DNA of 59,091 nucleotides from Pseudomonadota bacterium (GTDB lineage Bacteria; Pseudomonadota; Gammaproteobacteria; JAGOUN01): NCBI GenBank assembly GCA_040389005.1, contig JAZKAS010000013.1, positions 18,073 to 77,163 of the forward strand, read 5' to 3'. Shown piece by piece: positions 55,550 to 59,091 of this stretch (position 1 is its first letter; each line of letters starts with the position of its first letter). The notes under the pieces were generated by a model. It saw only the letters and a program-made list of their open reading frames with translations, ran no database searches and was not told where the DNA came from. The position numbers and the translations under genes were made by a program.

Positions 55550-58284
55550 TGATTAATGTAGATATTGTAAAAAATTGTTTATCTCACTTCAAGCTCTCTG
55601 ATAATCAGCTAGGAAAGTTTTTTTCTATTAAAAAATTAGCTGACCAAGGATTTGAGAGAGTGATGAAGCTTCCTATGAGTTTAAAAATCATTCTTGAATC
55701 TTTAATTAGAAATTATGATGATAACATTGTTACGGCGGAACATATTTTAAGCCTAATCAATTGGGTTCCAGGAGAAAACGCTTCTGGTGAAATACCTTTC
55801 TTTGTTGCCAGAATAATTTTACAAGATTATTCTGGCTTGCCGCTGCTAAATGATATGTCGGCTATGCGAGATGCCTTAGAGAAGCTAAATAAATCACCTC
55901 TACTTGTTAATCCTGTTATTCCAACCAGCTTGGTTATTGATCATACAACTGAAACAAATCATACGGGGAAAAAAAACGCATTACAGTTGAATATGGAAAT
56001 TGAATTTTATAATAACCAAGAGCGATACCAATTTTTCAAATGGGCGGCAACTGCATTTAATAATTTAAAAATTATCCCCCCAGGCTCAGGTATTATTCAT
56101 CAAATTAATCTTGAATATTTAGTAAAAGGCATATTTTCTAATTCAGCAGGTGTTTTTTATCCAGATACTCTTGTTGGCACAGATTCTCATACTACTATGA
56201 GTAATGGCATAGGCATTGTTGGCTGGGGGGTGGGAGGTATTGAAGCTGAAACAGCTATGTTGGGAGCGCCAATACTTTTAGCCATACCTGATGTTGTGGG
56301 CGTTCATCTCAGTGGGCAGCTAAATGCAGGAGTTACCGCAACAGATTTAACATTGACCATCACAGAAATTTTAAGAAAAGCTAATATAGAAGGAAAAATT
56401 GTAGAATATTTTGGCTCAGGTGTCACAACATTAACAGCGCAAGAGCGTGCAACCATTGCCAATATGGCACCTGATTATGGTGCGATGATGGGTCTATTTC
56501 CGATTGATGAACGAACCATTCAATACTATTATGAAACTGGAAGAGAGCCCGATGCTGTTGTCAATATACATAATTATTATAACGCGCAAATGTTGTTTGG
56601 CGTTCCACAGTTGGGTGATTGTAATTATGGAAGGGTTATTAATATTCATCTTAATGATATTCGTTCAAGCATCGCTGGGCCAAAGCGACCGCAGGATAGA
56701 ATTAATCTTGAATGTGCTAAATCTGCGTTTGATGCCATTTTAATTAAATCAAAAGCTGAAGATGGTTATGGATATCCTGATACTGCATTGAACCATCTAA
56801 TCAAATTTAATAATCATGGTGAAACAGTTGCGCATGGCGATATTATCATTGCTGCAATTACTTCTTGTACCAACACATCCAACCCTTATCTTCTTATGAC
56901 AGCAGGTTTACTGGCAAAAAAAGCTTGCCAAAAAGGATTACGAGTTAAATCACATATCAAAACTTCTTTGGCGCCGGGTTCTAAAGCAGTGACTGAATAT
57001 CTAGAAAAAGCTGGATTGCTAGAATATCTGGAAAGGCTTGGATTTTTCTTGGCGGGATATGGTTGTACAACCTGTGTTGGTAATGTTGGAGAAATAAATC
57101 AAGATTTCGAAAAAGTTGTAAAAGATCATAACTTAGTTGTGTCTTCTGTTCTTTCTGGAAATCGAAATTTTGAAGCAAGAATACACTCCTCTGTGCGTGC
57201 AAATTTCTTGATGAGCCCTCCTTTAGTGATCGCTTTTTCTATAGCGGGAACAATAAGAATAAATTTACTTGAAGAAGCTCTGGGCGTTGATCAAGCAGGA
57301 TTGCCAGTGTTTTTGAAAGACATTTGGCCATCCTCCAGTGAGATAGAACAAGCGTTGCAAAGTGCAATGGATCCCAGTATATATCAGCAAGTTTATCATT
57401 CAATTACGCAGGGGGACATCAATTGGAAAAATATATCTACACAGCATAATGCTCAACCTTGTTATGCTAAGCCTAATTCAAGCTTTATTACGAAGCCACC
57501 ATTTTTTGAAAATTTTTCAATACAACCAACGCCTTTATCTGATATTTACAATGCACGCGCGTTACTTATTTTAGGTGATTCAATTACAACCGATCATATT
57601 AGTCCAGTGGGTAAAATAGACCTGACCTCTCCCTCAGGTCAGTATTTATTAGCGCAAGGAGTATTACCTCAAGATCTTGGTAATTATGGTGCGAGAAGAG
57701 GAAATCATGAAGTAATGTTGCGAGGAACGTTTGCCAATGTTCGATTAAGAAATAAAATATTGCATGATGTTGAAGGTGCATACACGATCAATATGCTAAC
57801 GAACCAGCAAGCAAGCATCTATGAAACAGCGATGGAATATCAAAAATCAGGAATAGCATCCATTGTTTTTGCAGGCACTGAATATGGCAGTGGTAGTGCT
57901 AGAGATTGGGCTGCAAAAGGCACACAGCTATTAGGAATAAAAGTTGTAATTGCTAACAGCTTTGAGCGAATACATCGCAGCAATTTAGTTGGCATGGGCA
58001 TTATTCCCTGCCAGTTAAAAAATGGCATGAAAGTTGAAGATCTTAAGCTAACTGGATTTGAAAAATTCGACATTTTAGGTATAGAGACTCTTAAAGAAAA
58101 ACGAGAATTAAGTTTATTGATTAAAGGGCAGCATTCAAATAATACTCAAACCCTGCCTTTAGTACCACGGTTAGATAACGATTTTGAATTGGCATATATT
58201 TATCACGGCGGCATTATGCTTTACACATTAAGAGAACTTCTTTCAAAAAATGAGGCTCATGGTACAAATGGCATCTCAGAATAA
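55549..58284 (+). CDS. acnA: Aconitate hydratase A
   Basis: 911 aa with GTDSHTT and the Fe-S ligands ITSCTNTSNP and GYGCTTCVGN. The start overlaps the upstream stop (TAATG). Confidence 0.95.
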   Translation: MINVDIVKNCLSHFKLSDNQLGKFFSIKKLADQGFERVMKLPMSLKIILESLIRNYDDNIVTAEHILSLINWVPGENASGEIPFFVARIILQDYSGLPLLNDMSAMRDALEKLNKSPLLVNPVIPTSLVIDHTTETNHTGKKNALQLNMEIEFYNNQERYQFFKWAATAFNNLKIIPPGSGIIHQINLEYLVKGIFSNSAGVFYPDTLVGTDSHTTMSNGIGIVGWGVGGIEAETAMLGAPILLAIPDVVGVHLSGQLNAGVTATDLTLTITEILRKANIEGKIVEYFGSGVTTLTAQERATIANMAPDYGAMMGLFPIDERTIQYYYETGREPDAVVNIHNYYNAQMLFGVPQLGDCNYGRVINIHLNDIRSSIAGPKRPQDRINLECAKSAFDAILIKSKAEDGYGYPDTALNHLIKFNNHGETVAHGDIIIAAITSCTNTSNPYLLMTAGLLAKKACQKGLRVKSHIKTSLAPGSKAVTEYLEKAGLLEYLERLGFFLAGYGCTTCVGNVGEINQDFEKVVKDHNLVVSSVLSGNRNFEARIHSSVRANFLMSPPLVIAFSIAGTIRINLLEEALGVDQAGLPVFLKDIWPSSSEIEQALQSAMDPSIYQQVYHSITQGDINWKNISTQHNAQPCYAKPNSSFITKPPFFENFSIQPTPLSDIYNARALLILGDSITTDHISPVGKIDLTSPSGQYLLAQGVLPQDLGNYGARRGNHEVMLRGTFANVRLRNKILHDVEGAYTINMLTNQQASIYETAMEYQKSGIASIVFAGTEYGSGSARDWAAKGTQLLGIKVVIANSFERIHRSNLVGMGIIPCQLKNGMKVEDLKLTGFEKFDILGIETLKEKRELSLLIKGQHSNNTQTLPLVPRLDNDFELAYIYHGGIMLYTLRELLSKNEAHGTNGISE

Positions 58285-58963
58285 AAGTCAAAATAATTTT
58301 ATGCTTGGAGTAAGAGACTCTTACCCAGTGTGTATTGCTTTTTTGTTCATGTGCATTTCTTTTGGTGGGCTTGCAAAAACGGTAGGCTTGTCATTAATGC
58401 AGACTATGAGTATGGCGATGATGATATATTCCATTCCTTTGCAAATATTTTTGATAAGCTTAGCTAAAAGCAACTTAGTATTGTCGACTATCGTTATGTT
58501 AACATTTGTTATTAATGCAAGATTTTTTTTAATGTCCTTGTCTCTTGTTCACCGCTTCAAAGGTGTTAGTTTGACAAAAACTATTCCAGCTTTATTAATT
58601 TTAAGTGCCTCTTCATTTACAGTGGCGCATGTAAAATTTTTAAATGAAGATATTGAGCGGCCATTTAACTATTATGTTGGGGTTGCGTTATCTGCTTATG
58701 TAATGACGTTCTTTTCTACACTAGCAGGATTTTATATTGCGTTTATTAATGATAGTGTTATTTTATATCATGTTTTCTCTATAGCCTTGGCTATTCATTT
58801 TACAGCATTAACAGCCATTAGATTTCCCAATATTAGGTTGATTGTGGCGACTATTTTCGGCTTTGCAATGCTTCCACTTCTTTCACCCATAGTGACTCTG
58901 AATATTAATATATTAATATCTCCATTTGTGGTTGCTACTATTATGTTGTTGACAAGAAAATAA
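58268..58963 (+). CDS. AzlC family (branched-chain amino acid/azaleucine-type) exporter subunit
   Basis: Polytopic protein with a family-like N-terminus (G.RDS.P......F..SFG.LA...GLS). It overlaps the acnA end. The start could be 58250, 58268 or 58301. No azlD follows. Confidence 0.75.
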   Translation: MASQNKSQNNFMLGVRDSYPVCIAFLFMCISFGGLAKTVGLSLMQTMSMAMMIYSIPLQIFLISLAKSNLVLSTIVMLTFVINARFFLMSLSLVHRFKGVSLTKTIPALLILSASSFTVAHVKFLNEDIERPFNYYVGVALSAYVMTFFSTLAGFYIAFINDSVILYHVFSIALAIHFTALTAIRFPNIRLIVATIFGFAMLPLLSPIVTLNINILISPFVVATIMLLTRK

Positions 58964-59091
58964 GGGCATTTGCATCAACCGGCTTGCTGATCTTTTCCGC
59001 TTTGTGCAACACCGCCATCGCTGCCCTTGATAGCGGGACGCGATGCTCCCGGCCCGCCTTCATCCGGCTGGAAGGAATGATCCAGATCTTT
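58944..59091 (-). pseudogene. P4-type tyrosine integrase fragment (internal segment only)
   Basis: The minus strand reads KIWIIPSSRMKAGREHRVPLSRAAMAVLHKAEKISKPVDANALIFLS, then a stop. This matches the W.IPA.RMK....H.VPLS..A...L......VFPS block of P4-like integrases. The downstream HxxR...Y catalytic part is missing. The fragment is sharply GC-richer than the adjacent DNA. Confidence 0.7.

Noticed and set aside
58971-58990. An 11-mer, ttgcatcaacc, is shared between the right window edge and the 98-bp direct repeats (8441.. and 15774..).
   Set aside because: Similarity decays immediately after the 11-mer and needs an indel. It is compatible with chance between GC-rich coding segments.

Overview
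This window is a low-GC gammaproteobacterial chromosome segment. Its core gene content and order look like a Legionellales-type intracellular bacterium, but that lineage call is inference only. The core genes are rarA, rpiA, hslVU (with a textbook sigma32 promoter), argS plus a SPOR-domain gene, fba-pyk-pgk, an LPS inner-core block (waaF, waaC, and a fused waaG-waaP), pcnB, and rpsU-yqeY-dnaG-rpoD followed by a tRNA with a CAU anticodon.

Accessory and decayed material sits between these core genes:
1. A 1267-aa protein has a C-terminus made of poly-proline tracts followed by a complete WH2-connector-acidic(Trp) module of the Scar/WAVE type. It is a candidate Arp2/3-activating effector and is the most interesting object in the window.
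2. Downstream of the tRNA lies an AT-rich accessory region. It holds a 4-gene operon encoding a eukaryote-type mitochondrial carrier, an Asp/Asn beta-hydroxylase, an AsnB-type amidotransferase and an unknown enzyme. It also holds two orphan polytopic membrane proteins and a short citrate synthase. An operon of an HMGL-cupin fusion, AcnA and AzlC ends against a GC-rich P4-type integrase remnant.
3. A 7.3-kb insertion is bracketed by a 98-bp direct duplication of the 3' end of the SPOR gene. It carries a CI/LexA-like repressor, a three-repeat protein, YhhQ, a sugar-porter MFS, an ABM protein, a HAD hydrolase and two paralogous Gfo/Idh/MocA oxidoreductases.
4. A small islet holds a RelB/RelE pair, a tyrosine integrase and an AlbA_2-ATPase protein.
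5. Several clear deletion or frameshift pseudogenes are present: aroA, an AAA_14/DUF4143 ATPase, a RelE-like toxin, a CPA2 antiporter and an integrase.

No rRNA and no CRISPR array were seen. All family assignments come from motif recognition by eye and need database confirmation.
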